From: an uncultured Bacteroidota bacterium
Lineage (GTDB): Bacteria; Bacteroidota; Bacteroidia; Flavobacteriales; Flavobacteriaceae
Reading direction: 5' to 3'
Assembly (NCBI GenBank): GCA_903839195.1
Contig: CAIMBK010000070.1
Location: 5,557 to 69,556 of the forward strand
Length of the DNA: 64,000 nucleotides
Part shown: positions 18,813 through 30,410 of the stretch, piece by piece
Layout: each line of letters starts with the position of its first letter
Position numbering within the stretch: the stretch's first letter is position 1
Position numbers and translations under genes: made by a program
The notes under the pieces: generated by a model
Database searches by the model: none
The model's input: the letters and a program-made list of their open reading frames with translations, nothing else
Told to the model about the DNA's origin: nothing

Positions 18813-19256
18813 ATGGAACTTATACTTAAAAAAGACGTACAAAATTTAGGCTTTAAAGATGATGTTGTTGTGGTAAAAAACGGTTACGGACGTAACTTTT
18901 TAATTCCTCAAGGACATGCTCAATTAGCAACTGCTTCTGCAAAGAAAGTATTGGCTGAAAACCTAAAACAAAGAGCTCACAAAGAAGCTAAAGTAGTAAA
19001 CGATGCAAAAGCAATTGCTGAAGCATTGAAAGCTATAGAGATAAAAATTACTGCAAAAGCAGGTGGCGAAAAATTATTCGGTTCAATCACGAATATTGAT
19101 ATCGCTGAAGCTTTGGCAAAAGGTGGTCAAGAAATTGACAGAAAATTCATCACTAGTGGAATCGTTAAAAGAACAGGAAAATATGCTGCAACCGTTCGTT
19201 TACACCGTGATGTAATTGTAGAATTAGCTTATGAAATTGTTGCTGAAAAAGCATAA
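18813..19256 (+). CDS. rplI: 50S ribosomal protein L9
   Basis: 147 aa starting MELILKKDVQNLGFKDDVVVVKNGYGRNFLIPQG. Confidence 0.95.
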   Translation: MELILKKDVQNLGFKDDVVVVKNGYGRNFLIPQGHAQLATASAKKVLAENLKQRAHKEAKVVNDAKAIAEALKAIEIKITAKAGGEKLFGSITNIDIAEALAKGGQEIDRKFITSGIVKRTGKYAATVRLHRDVIVELAYEIVAEKA

Positions 19257-19274
19257 TTTCTTAATTAGATAACT

Positions 19275-19305
19275 AAATCCCGATGAAAGTCGGGATTTTT
19301 TTTTT
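19275..19305 (+). terminator. Rho-independent terminator of the S6/S18/L9 operon
   Basis: The stem is atcccga / loop tgaaag / tcgggat, followed by a run of about 9 T. Confidence 0.85.
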
Positions 19306-19306
19306 G

Positions 19307-19378
19307 ATCTGAACTCGTTTCAGATTCCCTAAATAATGTATAACGCATCTTAAAAAGATGCTGAAATAAATTCAGCAT
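19307..19378. repeat. Cluster of three short REP-like hairpins
   Basis: The three hairpins are atctgaa-ctcgt-ttcagat (19307-19325), gcatct-taaaa-agatgc (19345-19361) and atgctgaa-ataaa-ttcagcat (19358-19378). The last two overlap, so they are alternative folds. Confidence 0.55.
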
Positions 19379-19380
19379 AA

Positions 19381-19854
19381 ATGAAATACAGCCGACTTAC
19401 CAAAGAACAATTTGACGAATTACACACGGAATTCATCAATTTCCTCGCTACTCAAGCCATTGATAAGGCGGAATGGGACAAAATTAAAATCGAAAAACCC
19501 GAAATTGCCGAACAAGAATTGGATGTTTTTTCCGATTTAATTTGGGAAGGCGTTCTTTCGAGAGCCGAGTTTTTAGAACATTTTTCCAAAAACCATATTT
19601 TCCTTTTTCAATGTTTTGATACCAATGTAAAATCTATCGTTTTAAAATCACTAGTTCCAGAAACCGATTTTTTGACCAAAGAAGGTTTGCAATGGCTTAG
19701 CGACAATATGTTTTCGGATACAATTGAAATGAAAATTGGAAAAAAGGACTATTCAGAAGATAGAAATAATGCCATTTTTCAATTGATTCAACAAGGCGCT
19801 TTTTTGAGTGGTGGCGAATTATTTAAGCAAATTAATGAAATAATAGAAGGTTAG
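19381..19854 (+). CDS. Conserved hypothetical cytoplasmic protein
   Basis: 157 aa clean ORF with an ATG start and no motif I can name. Confidence 0.5.
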   Translation: MKYSRLTKEQFDELHTEFINFLATQAIDKAEWDKIKIEKPEIAEQELDVFSDLIWEGVLSRAEFLEHFSKNHIFLFQCFDTNVKSIVLKSLVPETDFLTKEGLQWLSDNMFSDTIEMKIGKKDYSEDRNNAIFQLIQQGAFLSGGELFKQINEIIEG

Positions 19855-19891
19855 ATATTCATCAATTTTCTATATTTACAAAAAAATAATT

Positions 19892-22164
<2,273 letters not shown>

Positions 22165-22165
22165 A

Positions 22166-23077
22166 CTAAACCACAATGCTTCTGGCTTCGTGTTTTTTCG
22201 ATTGATTGGCATCAAAATAAAAGTCAATTTTACCTAAATTTATTCCAAAACAACCCACTTGATTGACTAATACTTGGTTTCCTTCTAGATTTTTTACCAC
22301 CGTTGGTTTGTCTAAAAAAGTGTGCGTATGACCGCCAATAATCAAATCGATATCTTTTGTAAGCGTGGCAAGTTTTAAATCTGAAATTTTTTCGGGTTCG
22401 TCTTTATATTTGTATCCAAGATGTGAAAGGCAAATAATCAAATCGCATTTTTGTTCTTTTTTTAATAGTCGCGTCATGTCTTGCGCCACTTCAACGGGGT
22501 CGTTGTAGATTGTTTCTTTATACCCTTTTTTGTCCACAAGTCCAGCAAGTTCGATACCTAATCCAAAAACGCCCACTTTGATTCCTTCTTTAATAAATAT
22601 TTTATAAGGATGAACGTGACCATTCAATACCGTATTTTTAAAATCATAATTAGAAGAAATAAAATCGAAAGAGGCATTTGGTAATTGGGCATACAAACCA
22701 TCAATTCCGTTGTCAAAATCATGATTTCCGATTGTTGAGGCATCATATTTCATCATGCTCATTAATTTGAATTCCAACTCGCCACCATAATAATTGAAAT
22801 AGGGCGTTCCTTGAAAAATATCGCCTGCATCCAATAATAACACGTTCGAATTTTCTTTTCGAATACTTTCAATCAACGCTGCTCTTCTTGCAACGCCACC
22901 CATGTTTGGATTTCTCGTATCGGTTGCCGGAAACGGATCAATATGACTGTGAACGTCATTGGTATGAAGAATTGTCAATTTTTTAATGTCTGGAGAATTA
23001 AAACTTTCTAACGAAAATCCCAAACCAATTAATGCTGTACTTGCAGCTGTTTTTTGTATAAAATCTCTTCTTTTCAT
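22166..23077 (-). CDS. Metallophosphoesterase half of a split 5'-nucleotidase (Tat-exported)
   Basis: 303 aa with a twin-arginine signal (MKRRDFIQKTAAS) and the motifs HTNDVHSH, DAGDIFQG and GNHDFD. Confidence 0.85.
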   Translation of the reverse strand: MKRRDFIQKTAASTALIGLGFSLESFNSPDIKKLTILHTNDVHSHIDPFPATDTRNPNMGGVARRAALIESIRKENSNVLLLDAGDIFQGTPYFNYYGGELEFKLMSMMKYDASTIGNHDFDNGIDGLYAQLPNASFDFISSNYDFKNTVLNGHVHPYKIFIKEGIKVGVFGLGIELAGLVDKKGYKETIYNDPVEVAQDMTRLLKKEQKCDLIICLSHLGYKYKDEPEKISDLKLATLTKDIDLIIGGHTHTFLDKPTVVKNLEGNQVLVNQVGCFGINLGKIDFYFDANQSKKHEARSIVV

Positions 23078-23853
23078 TAGTTTTCAGTTGAAATTCGAAT
23101 GTCATTAATCACTGGAATTGTTTTTGTTTCTTTAAAATAATCAATAATCATATTTCGTAATTTATAATCCAAATCGTAGGTTGCGATTCCTTTTTTAAAG
23201 AAAACCATTTTATCGCCGCCATTGGCTAAATAATCGTTGGTTAGAACATAATAAACGCGCTCATTTTCGATTGGTTTTCCTTGAATTAGAATGTTTTTTG
23301 GGCCATTAATGGAAATGGTAAAAGTAATTCCTGCAATTGGATGCGGTTTTTTCCCTGTAATAAAGTAATCAACAATTTCTAAAATTTGGTCTCCTTTTAA
23401 AGCCACAACAATTGCTTTATTTTCAAAAGGCATGATTTCGAAAGCGGTTTTTGAAGTGACATCGCCTTTTCCGATGATTGTTCGAATTCCGCCACTATTA
23501 AGTAAACAAATGTCAATGTTTTTGTTTTCTCGTGATTTGAAAACAACATTTCCTTTTTGAAAGGCAATATCGGCCAATAAATTTCCCATAGGTGTTTGCC
23601 AAATTCCTGTTTTATCTATGGTTTCGGGTGCATAAGCCACAACAGTATTCAAATCTTTGTCGATGTTTTCGCGATAGGGTTTTACAAAGTACTCAATAGC
23701 AGCAACTTCTGTGCTTTCTTTTGTAATTTCTATTTGTTTTCCTTCAACTTTTGTTACATAATAGTGTTGATGACTACAAGAAATAAATAAAAAAAATGTT
23801 AAGATTAAAACAAAATGTATCTTAGCGTTGCTATTCTTTTTTAGTTTTACCAT
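23077..23853 (-). CDS. 5'-nucleotidase C-terminal (substrate-binding) domain lipoprotein
   Basis: 258 aa with a lipobox (FLFISCS). NSGGIR...FENKAIVVALKGDQI...TNDYLANGGD is typical of the 5_nucleotid_C domain. Its start overlaps the stop of the downstream gene. Confidence 0.85.
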   Translation of the reverse strand: MVKLKKNSNAKIHFVLILTFFLFISCSHQHYYVTKVEGKQIEITKESTEVAAIEYFVKPYRENIDKDLNTVVAYAPETIDKTGIWQTPMGNLLADIAFQKGNVVFKSRENKNIDICLLNSGGIRTIIGKGDVTSKTAFEIMPFENKAIVVALKGDQILEIVDYFITGKKPHPIAGITFTISINGPKNILIQGKPIENERVYYVLTNDYLANGGDKMVFFKKGIATYDLDYKLRNMIIDYFKETKTIPVINDIRISTEN

Positions 23854-23901
23854 CGGTAATGCGACTTATTTAATTAAATTTGTAATTCAAGTAAAAGTAC
23901 T

Positions 23902-24423
23902 ATGTTTTTAAATTACATCAAGAATTTTATAACAAAAAAGATAATAATTAATAGTTTATCAAACGTTAAGTTATTGATTTCAGAGCATTCTATAAAAACA
24001 GTTGGTTTGCTAATTGATGAAAGTTATTTCTTTGAAAGACAAGCATTGGTGAAAGAATTACTGAATAATAAAATTAAAGAAAGCGACATTAACGTGTTGG
24101 TTTTTAGAGATAACATAAAGAAAAATGAGGTTTTTGATTATCCCGTTTTTTCCCCCAATGATTTGAGTTGGACTGCCATATTTAAGAAGCAAGAAGTAAA
24201 TGAATTTATTGCACAAGATTTCGATTTATTAATTAATTATTATGATACCGAAAAAGTGTCTTTGTTACTGGCTTCTCATCAATCGAAGGCTAAATTTAAA
24301 GTTGGTTTTTCCTCGGTTGATAAACGAATTAATCATTTTATGATTACTACCAATGCTGAAAACCATACTGTTTTCATTGAAGAATTGTTCAAATATTTGA
24401 AAATTTTAAACAAAATAGAATAG
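23902..24423 (+). CDS. Hypothetical protein
   Basis: 173 aa ORF immediately upstream of dapA with no recognisable motif. Confidence 0.45.
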   Translation: MFLNYIKNFITKKIIINSLSNVKLLISEHSIKTVGLLIDESYFFERQALVKELLNNKIKESDINVLVFRDNIKKNEVFDYPVFSPNDLSWTAIFKKQEVNEFIAQDFDLLINYYDTEKVSLLLASHQSKAKFKVGFSSVDKRINHFMITTNAENHTVFIEELFKYLKILNKIE

Positions 24424-24426
24424 AAT

Positions 24427-25311
24427 ATGAAATCATTAATTGGCACTGGAGTTGCGTTGGTTACTCCATTTAATAAAGACTTTTCTGTTGATGCTGCTGC
24501 GCTAAAAAAAATTGTTAATTATCAAATCGACAATGGAATTTCCTACCTAGTTGTTCTAGGGACCACTGCCGAAAATGCGACACTTTCTCAAGAAGAAAAA
24601 GAATTGGTTATTCAAACCGTTATAGAAGCTAATAATGATAGATTGCCTTTGGTTTTGGGCTTGGGAGGAAATAACACTTTTGAAGTAGTTGAAGAATTGA
24701 AAACCCGAGATTTTTCAAAATTTACAGCCATTTTATCGGTTTCACCTTATTATAATAAACCAACACAAGAAGGAATCTATCAGCATTTTAAAGCGATTTC
24801 AGAAGCTTCGCCAATTCCAATAATTTTATATAACGTTCCAGGAAGAACCGCCAGTAATATGTTGCCAGCAACCGTAATCCGATTGGCGAATGACTTTAAT
24901 AACATCATCGCCATAAAAGAAGCCGCTGGCGATATTGTTCAAGCCATGAAAATAATCGAACACAAACCAAACGATTTCTTAGTCATTTCTGGCGACGATA
25001 TGATTGCTTTACCAATGGTTTTGGCGGGTGGAAGTGGCGTTATTTCAGTAATCGGGCAAGGTTTTCCAAAAGAATTTTCAAATTTAATTCAATTTGGTTT
25101 GGAACGAAAAGTAGATCAAGCGTATGAATTACAATATCAATTAGCCGAAAGTATTGACTTGATTTTCGAACAAGGAAATCCAGGCGGTATTAAAGAAGTG
25201 CTTAAATCATTGGGTTTGTCTACAAATGTGGTGCGTTTGCCGCTCGTAAATGTCTCCGAAGATTTGGCTAAAAGATTGGACGCAATTACAAAGAAAATCA
25301 ATAAATTATAA
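24427..25311 (+). CDS. dapA: 4-hydroxy-tetrahydrodipicolinate synthase
   Basis: 294 aa with [40 protein letters not shown] and IKEA motifs. Confidence 0.95.
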   Translation: MKSLIGTGVALVTPFNKDFSVDAAALKKIVNYQIDNGISYLVVLGTTAENATLSQEEKELVIQTVIEANNDRLPLVLGLGGNNTFEVVEELKTRDFSKFTAILSVSPYYNKPTQEGIYQHFKAISEASPIPIILYNVPGRTASNMLPATVIRLANDFNNIIAIKEAAGDIVQAMKIIEHKPNDFLVISGDDMIALPMVLAGGSGVISVIGQGFPKEFSNLIQFGLERKVDQAYELQYQLAESIDLIFEQGNPGGIKEVLKSLGLSTNVVRLPLVNVSEDLAKRLDAITKKINKL

Positions 25312-25409
25312 CCCAAAAATATATTTTGTATTCGCTAAATTAATGCCTAAATTTGCATTTCGTTTTTTAGTGTATCAAATGTTAGAAAACAGGAACAATT
25401 ATTCAAAAA

Positions 25410-26207
25410 ATGAGAAATTTTTTAATTATTATCATAATCGCATCCGCTTTAACTTCGTGTAACGAATATCAAAAAGCATTAAAAAAAGATGACATTTCGA
25501 AAAAATTCGAAGTGGCAACAATGCAATATGATAAAGGAAAATATTCAAAAGCGATTCGCCTTTTTGAACAATTAGCACCACAATATCGCGGAAAACCTCA
25601 AGCCGAAAAAATGTTTTATATGTTTTCACAATCGTATTATAAAACAGAACAATATTATTTGGCAGGTTATCAATTTGAAAGTTTTGCTGCTGGTTATCCA
25701 AAAAGCGAAAAAATTGAAGAAGCCTCTTTTTTAGGAGCAAAAAGTTTTTCTATGTTGTCGCCGGTTTATAGTTTAGATCAAACGGATACGAATAAAGCGA
25801 TAGATAAATTACAAGATTTTATTGATGGTTATCCAAATTCGCCTTATTTTCCAGAGGCCAATTCGGTTTTAAAAACGTTGAGAGAAAAATTGGAAAAAAA
25901 GGCTTTTGAAACGGCAAAACAATACAATTCAATATCGGATTATCAATCGGCTTTAATCGCTTTGGATAATTTTATTTCGGATTTTCCAGGTACGCCATTC
26001 AAAGAAAAAGCTTTGTATTACAAACTGGATTCGGCTTTTCAATTAGCAGTAAATAGTGTTCCAACAAAGAAACAAGAACGATTGGCAAATGCTAAAGTTG
26101 CTTATTCCAATTTAATAAAATTCAATACCAATACCGAATACAAATCAAAAGCTGATATTATGTTGGCTTCAATAGAAAAAAATTTAGAACAATATTCTAA
26201 TAAATAA
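25410..26207 (+). CDS. bamD: Outer membrane protein assembly factor BamD
   Basis: 265 aa lipoprotein (ALTSCN) that is TPR-like, in the conserved position upstream of rpoZ/coaBC. Confidence 0.8.
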   Translation: MRNFLIIIIIASALTSCNEYQKALKKDDISKKFEVATMQYDKGKYSKAIRLFEQLAPQYRGKPQAEKMFYMFSQSYYKTEQYYLAGYQFESFAAGYPKSEKIEEASFLGAKSFSMLSPVYSLDQTDTNKAIDKLQDFIDGYPNSPYFPEANSVLKTLREKLEKKAFETAKQYNSISDYQSALIALDNFISDFPGTPFKEKALYYKLDSAFQLAVNSVPTKKQERLANAKVAYSNLIKFNTNTEYKSKADIMLASIEKNLEQYSNK

Positions 26208-26214
26208 GAACGTC

Positions 26215-26532
26215 ATGGATTTAAAAAAGACTAATGCACCGGTAAACACAATTACTTACAACAAAAGTATTATTGAAGAACCAACAGGAAATGTTTATGA
26301 AGCTATAACTATTATGGCCAAAAGAGCAAATCAAATTAACTCTGAAATCAAAAAAGAATTGACAGAGAAATTGGAAGAATTTGCAACTTACAACGATAGT
26401 TTGGAAGAAGTTTTTGAAAACAAAGAGCAAATCGAAGTTTCAAAATTCTACGAAAAATTACCAAAACCTCATGCGCTTGCAGTTCAAGAATGGTTAGATG
26501 ATAAAATCTACCATAGAGACGCAAACAAATAA
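26215..26532 (+). CDS. rpoZ: DNA-directed RNA polymerase subunit omega (Bacteroidota type)
   Basis: 105 aa. NVYEAITIMAKRANQINSEIK resembles the omega core, and the synteny is bamD-rpoZ-coaBC. Confidence 0.7.
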   Translation: MDLKKTNAPVNTITYNKSIIEEPTGNVYEAITIMAKRANQINSEIKKELTEKLEEFATYNDSLEEVFENKEQIEVSKFYEKLPKPHALAVQEWLDDKIYHRDANK

Positions 26533-26540
26533 TCGAAAAA

Positions 26541-27764
26541 ATGTCTGTTTTAAGCGGCAAAAAAATCGTACTAGGAATTTCTGGTGGAATTGCTGCCTAT
26601 AAAACGGCTACATTGGTTCGTCTTTTTATAAAAGCAGGTGCTCAAGTTCAAGTAATTATGACACCTGCTTCTAAAGATTTTGTGACGCCGCTCACGCTTT
26701 CAACCCTCTCCAAAAACCCCGTTTATTCTTCGTTTTTCAAAGAAGAAGATAATAATCCAAATGACAATTTGCAATGGAATAACCATGTCGAATTGGCTCT
26801 TTGGGCTGATATTATGGTTGTTGCTCCAGCAACGGCCAATACGCTTTCAAAAATGGCTTCTGGAAATTGCGATAATTTATTAATTGCAACCTATCTTTCT
26901 GCCAAATGTCCAGTTTATTTTGCGCCAGCAATGGATTTGGACATGCATAAGCATTCTTCAACTGTTTCGAGTTTTGAAAAATTAAAAGCTTTTGGAAACA
27001 CCATAATTCCATCTGAAATAGGGGAGTTGGCCAGTGGACTTTCTGGCGAAGGAAGAATGGCCGAACCTGAAAATATTGTGGCTTTTTTGGAAGCAGATTT
27101 GGAATCAAAATTGCCTTTGACAGGAAAAAAAATTCTGATTACCGCGGGACCAACCTACGAATCCATTGACCCGGTTCGGTTTATTGGAAATCATTCTTCC
27201 GGAAAAATGGGTTTTGATATCGCTCTGGCAGCCGCCAATTTGGGTGCTTCGGTAATTTTAATTTCGGGTCCAACTCATTTGGAAATGAATCATAATTTGG
27301 TAAAATTAGTTAGAATTGAATCGGCACAAGAAATGTATTTGGAATGTCAAAATTATTTTGAAACAACCGATGTTTTTATTGCAGCCGCCGCGGTTGCCGA
27401 TTACCGACCAATTTCAGTTGCTACACAAAAAATAAAAAAAGAAAATTCTCGTTTAAATATAGAATTAGAAGCCACTCAGGATATTTTAGCTTCATTAGGA
27501 AAAATAAAGAAAAATCAATTTATTATTGGTTTTGCACTTGAAACGGAAAATGAAATTGAGAATGCAAAGTTGAAAATCCAGAAAAAAAACCTAGATTTGA
27601 TAGTTTTAAATTCGATGCAAGATGAAGGCGCCGGATTTGGAAAGCCAACCAATAAAGTTACTTTTATTGATAGTAATTTTAAAATCGAACCAATGCAATT
27701 AAAGTCGAAAGAAGCAGTTGCAATTGATATTTTAAACAAAGTAATAGCTCATTATTATGCGTAA
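26541..27764 (+). CDS. coaBC: Bifunctional phosphopantothenoylcysteine decarboxylase / phosphopantothenate-cysteine ligase
   Basis: 407 aa with GISGGIAAYK, PATANTLSKMA.G..DNLL, ITAGPT.E.IDPVRFI.N.SSGKMG and AAAVADYRP motifs. Confidence 0.95.
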   Translation: MSVLSGKKIVLGISGGIAAYKTATLVRLFIKAGAQVQVIMTPASKDFVTPLTLSTLSKNPVYSSFFKEEDNNPNDNLQWNNHVELALWADIMVVAPATANTLSKMASGNCDNLLIATYLSAKCPVYFAPAMDLDMHKHSSTVSSFEKLKAFGNTIIPSEIGELASGLSGEGRMAEPENIVAFLEADLESKLPLTGKKILITAGPTYESIDPVRFIGNHSSGKMGFDIALAAANLGASVILISGPTHLEMNHNLVKLVRIESAQEMYLECQNYFETTDVFIAAAAVADYRPISVATQKIKKENSRLNIELEATQDILASLGKIKKNQFIIGFALETENEIENAKLKIQKKNLDLIVLNSMQDEGAGFGKPTNKVTFIDSNFKIEPMQLKSKEAVAIDILNKVIAHYYA

Positions 27765-28641
27765 ATTGTATTGTTTTTTAGCATTTTTAGTTTTTGGATA
27801 TACCCAATCTCAGGAACTTTATTGTACCGTAACCGTTAATTCGGATAAATTAGGGCAAACCAATAAACAGGTTTTCAAAACCTTAGAAAAATCGATTAGT
27901 GAGTTGGTTAACAAAACCAATTGGACGGGAGACGTTTATAAGCAAAATGAGAAAATTAATTGTTCGATGTTTATTACCATTTCTTCTTATTCTTCGGATC
28001 AATTTTCGGGCACAATTCAAGTGCAATCGTCTAGGCCAGTCTATAATTCAACCTATTCAACGCCTATTTTGAACTTGAATGACAAAGATTTTAGTTTTAA
28101 ATACACCGAATTCGAAAATTTAAATTTTAATCCAACAAGTTTTGATTCGAATTTGGTTTCTGTAATTGCATTTTACAGCTATATGATTATTGGTTCTGAC
28201 GGAGATACATTTGCCTCAAAAGGCGGAACCAAATACCTCGAAACTGCACAAGATGTTGCTAATATAGCTATTCAAGGAGGATATAAAGGTTGGGGTCAAT
28301 CCGACGGAAATCAAAATCGTTATTTTTTAATTAATGATATGATGTCCAATACTTTTTTGCCTTATCGTGAAGCTTTGTATCAATATCATTTTGATGGTTT
28401 GGATCAAATGAGTAAAGACCCAAAACAATCTAAAGAAAACATTAAAAAATCAATTGAAACCCTTTCTAAATTGCATTCTGGTAGACCAAATGCCTATTTA
28501 ACTCGGGTGTTTTTTGATGCCAAATCAGACGAAATTGTTTCCGTTTTTACTGGCGGACCACAAGTTAATACAAAAGATTTAGTTCAAACTTTGAATTCGA
28601 TTTTTCTTATGAATTCCAGTAAATGGGCAGAAATTCGATAA
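27757..28641 (+). CDS. DUF4835 family protein (PorD-like, T9SS-associated in some annotations)
   Basis: 294 aa with a signal peptide, in the conserved position between coaBC and recN in Flavobacteriia. The family assignment is from memory of this synteny and of the sequence style. Confidence 0.6.
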   Translation: MRKLYCFLAFLVFGYTQSQELYCTVTVNSDKLGQTNKQVFKTLEKSISELVNKTNWTGDVYKQNEKINCSMFITISSYSSDQFSGTIQVQSSRPVYNSTYSTPILNLNDKDFSFKYTEFENLNFNPTSFDSNLVSVIAFYSYMIIGSDGDTFASKGGTKYLETAQDVANIAIQGGYKGWGQSDGNQNRYFLINDMMSNTFLPYREALYQYHFDGLDQMSKDPKQSKENIKKSIETLSKLHSGRPNAYLTRVFFDAKSDEIVSVFTGGPQVNTKDLVQTLNSIFLMNSSKWAEIR

Positions 28642-28682
28642 TTTATTTGCAACTTTAACTATATTTATTTTAATAAACCAAA

Positions 28683-30335
28683 ATGTTAACCTCACTTTCT
28701 ATCACAAATTTTGCTTTGATTGAAAAATTGGATATTAATTTTTCCAATGGTTTTTCAATTATTACTGGTGAAACGGGTGCTGGAAAGTCAATTTTATTGG
28801 GCGCATTAGGATTGGTTTTGGGAAAAAGAGCGGATTTAACATCGCTAAAAAATAAAGAAGAAAAATGTGTTATTGAGGCGCAGTTTCATATTTCTAATTA
28901 TAATTTACAGGCTTTTTTTGAAGAAAACGACTTGGATTATGAATCCGAAACCATCATTCGAAGAGAAATATTAGCCTCTGGAAAATCGAGGGCTTTTATA
29001 AACGATAGTCCCGTAAATCTTCAAGAATTACAGGAACTTGGATTGATTTTAATTGATATTCATTCGCAGCATCAAACGCAAGAATTATCAGAAGAAAACT
29101 TTCAGTTTCAAATAATTGACGCTGTAGCCAATTCCAAAAATGACATTTCAATTTATTCCGATTTGTTGCGTGTTTATAAAAAAAACAAATCCGAACTTTC
29201 GACGCTAAAAACCCAACTTCAATCGGTTCAAAAAGAGCAAGATTACAATACTTTTCTATTAGAAGAATTGCTTTCCGCCAATTTGAAATCAAGCGAACAA
29301 GAAACGTTGGAATCCAATTATGAAAAACTAAATAATGTTGCTTTTATTCGTGAAAACATCGAAAAATCGTTGCTTTTAGCCAATGAAGAACAGTTTGGGA
29401 TTCTCCAAAATTTGAAAGAAATTAAACTTGCTTTGCAAAAAACAGCTACTTTTTCAGTTGAATTTCAATCTGTTTTTGATCGGATTTCTAGTGTTTCGAT
29501 AGAATTTGATGATATTATTAGTGAGTTAGTTCAAGTTTCTGAAAATTTGAATAATGATCCAGAACAATTGGAATTGATTAATCAAAAATTACAAACCATT
29601 TATTCGCTTCAAAAAAAGCATCAAGTCGCTACAATTGATGATTTATTGGCAATTCAAAATGATTTGGATTCGAAAGTGATTTCGGTTGTTTCTTTAGACT
29701 TTGAAATAAAAAAAATAGAAAGTCAACAAGCAGAATTAACCACAATATTAGACCAAACCGCTTTGTTAATCCATCAAAAAAGAGCTTCGGCTGTTCCCGT
29801 GTTAACTCAAAAATGGACCGCAATATTGGAACAATTAGGAATGCCCAATGTGCGTTTTAATATTCAAATAAAACCAACGGAAAATTATTTCCAACATGGA
29901 AAAGACGAACTGGAATTTTTATTTTCTGCCAATAAAGGAACCGATTTTGGGTTATTGAAAAAAGTGGCTTCTGGAGGTGAATTATCACGAATTATGTTGG
30001 CTACGAAAGCGATTTTGGCTGAATATTCTAAATTACCAACCATTATTTTTGATGAAATTGATACGGGCGTTTCTGGCGAAGTGGCGAATCAAATGGGCGA
30101 GATTATGAAAAATATGAGTTTAAATATGCAGGTTTTTGCCATCACTCATTTGCCACAAATTGCAGCCAAAGGATTTTCTCATTTTAAAGTTTTGAAAACC
30201 ACAAGTAACGAGCAAACTTATTCGGAATTGAAATTACTGTCAAATGAAGAGCGAGTTGTTGAAATAGCTCAAATGTTGTCGGGTTCGGTGCTTTCAGATT
30301 CGGCTATAAATCATGCAAAATCCTTGCTGAATTAA
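28683..30335 (+). CDS. recN: DNA repair protein RecN
   Basis: 550 aa SMC-like protein with Walker A GETGAGKS, a coiled-coil centre, the signature SGGELSRIMLA, and Walker B IIFDEIDTGVSG. Confidence 0.95.
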   Translation: MLTSLSITNFALIEKLDINFSNGFSIITGETGAGKSILLGALGLVLGKRADLTSLKNKEEKCVIEAQFHISNYNLQAFFEENDLDYESETIIRREILASGKSRAFINDSPVNLQELQELGLILIDIHSQHQTQELSEENFQFQIIDAVANSKNDISIYSDLLRVYKKNKSELSTLKTQLQSVQKEQDYNTFLLEELLSANLKSSEQETLESNYEKLNNVAFIRENIEKSLLLANEEQFGILQNLKEIKLALQKTATFSVEFQSVFDRISSVSIEFDDIISELVQVSENLNNDPEQLELINQKLQTIYSLQKKHQVATIDDLLAIQNDLDSKVISVVSLDFEIKKIESQQAELTTILDQTALLIHQKRASAVPVLTQKWTAILEQLGMPNVRFNIQIKPTENYFQHGKDELEFLFSANKGTDFGLLKKVASGGELSRIMLATKAILAEYSKLPTIIFDEIDTGVSGEVANQMGEIMKNMSLNMQVFAITHLPQIAAKGFSHFKVLKTTSNEQTYSELKLLSNEERVVEIAQMLSGSVLSDSAINHAKSLLN

Positions 30336-30353
30336 AGAATTCTCTTATATTTG
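30324..30353 (+). promoter_or_regulatory. Bacteroidota-type promoter for fabV
   Basis: TTG (30324-30326), a 19-nt spacer, then TATATTTG (30346-30353). It overlaps the 3' end of recN and lies 58 nt upstream of the fabV ATG. Confidence 0.5.
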
Positions 30354-30410
30354 TTACCTTAAAATATATAAAATAACTAGCTTAATTTCAATACTAATAA
30401 ATATTTAAAA

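Noticed and set aside
22166-23853. The two adjacent 5'-nucleotidase ORFs as a frameshifted pseudogene of a single ushA.
   Set aside because: Each half has its own start codon and its own export signal (Tat and lipobox). The order on the strand is C-terminal-domain gene first, which is not what a simple frameshift would give.
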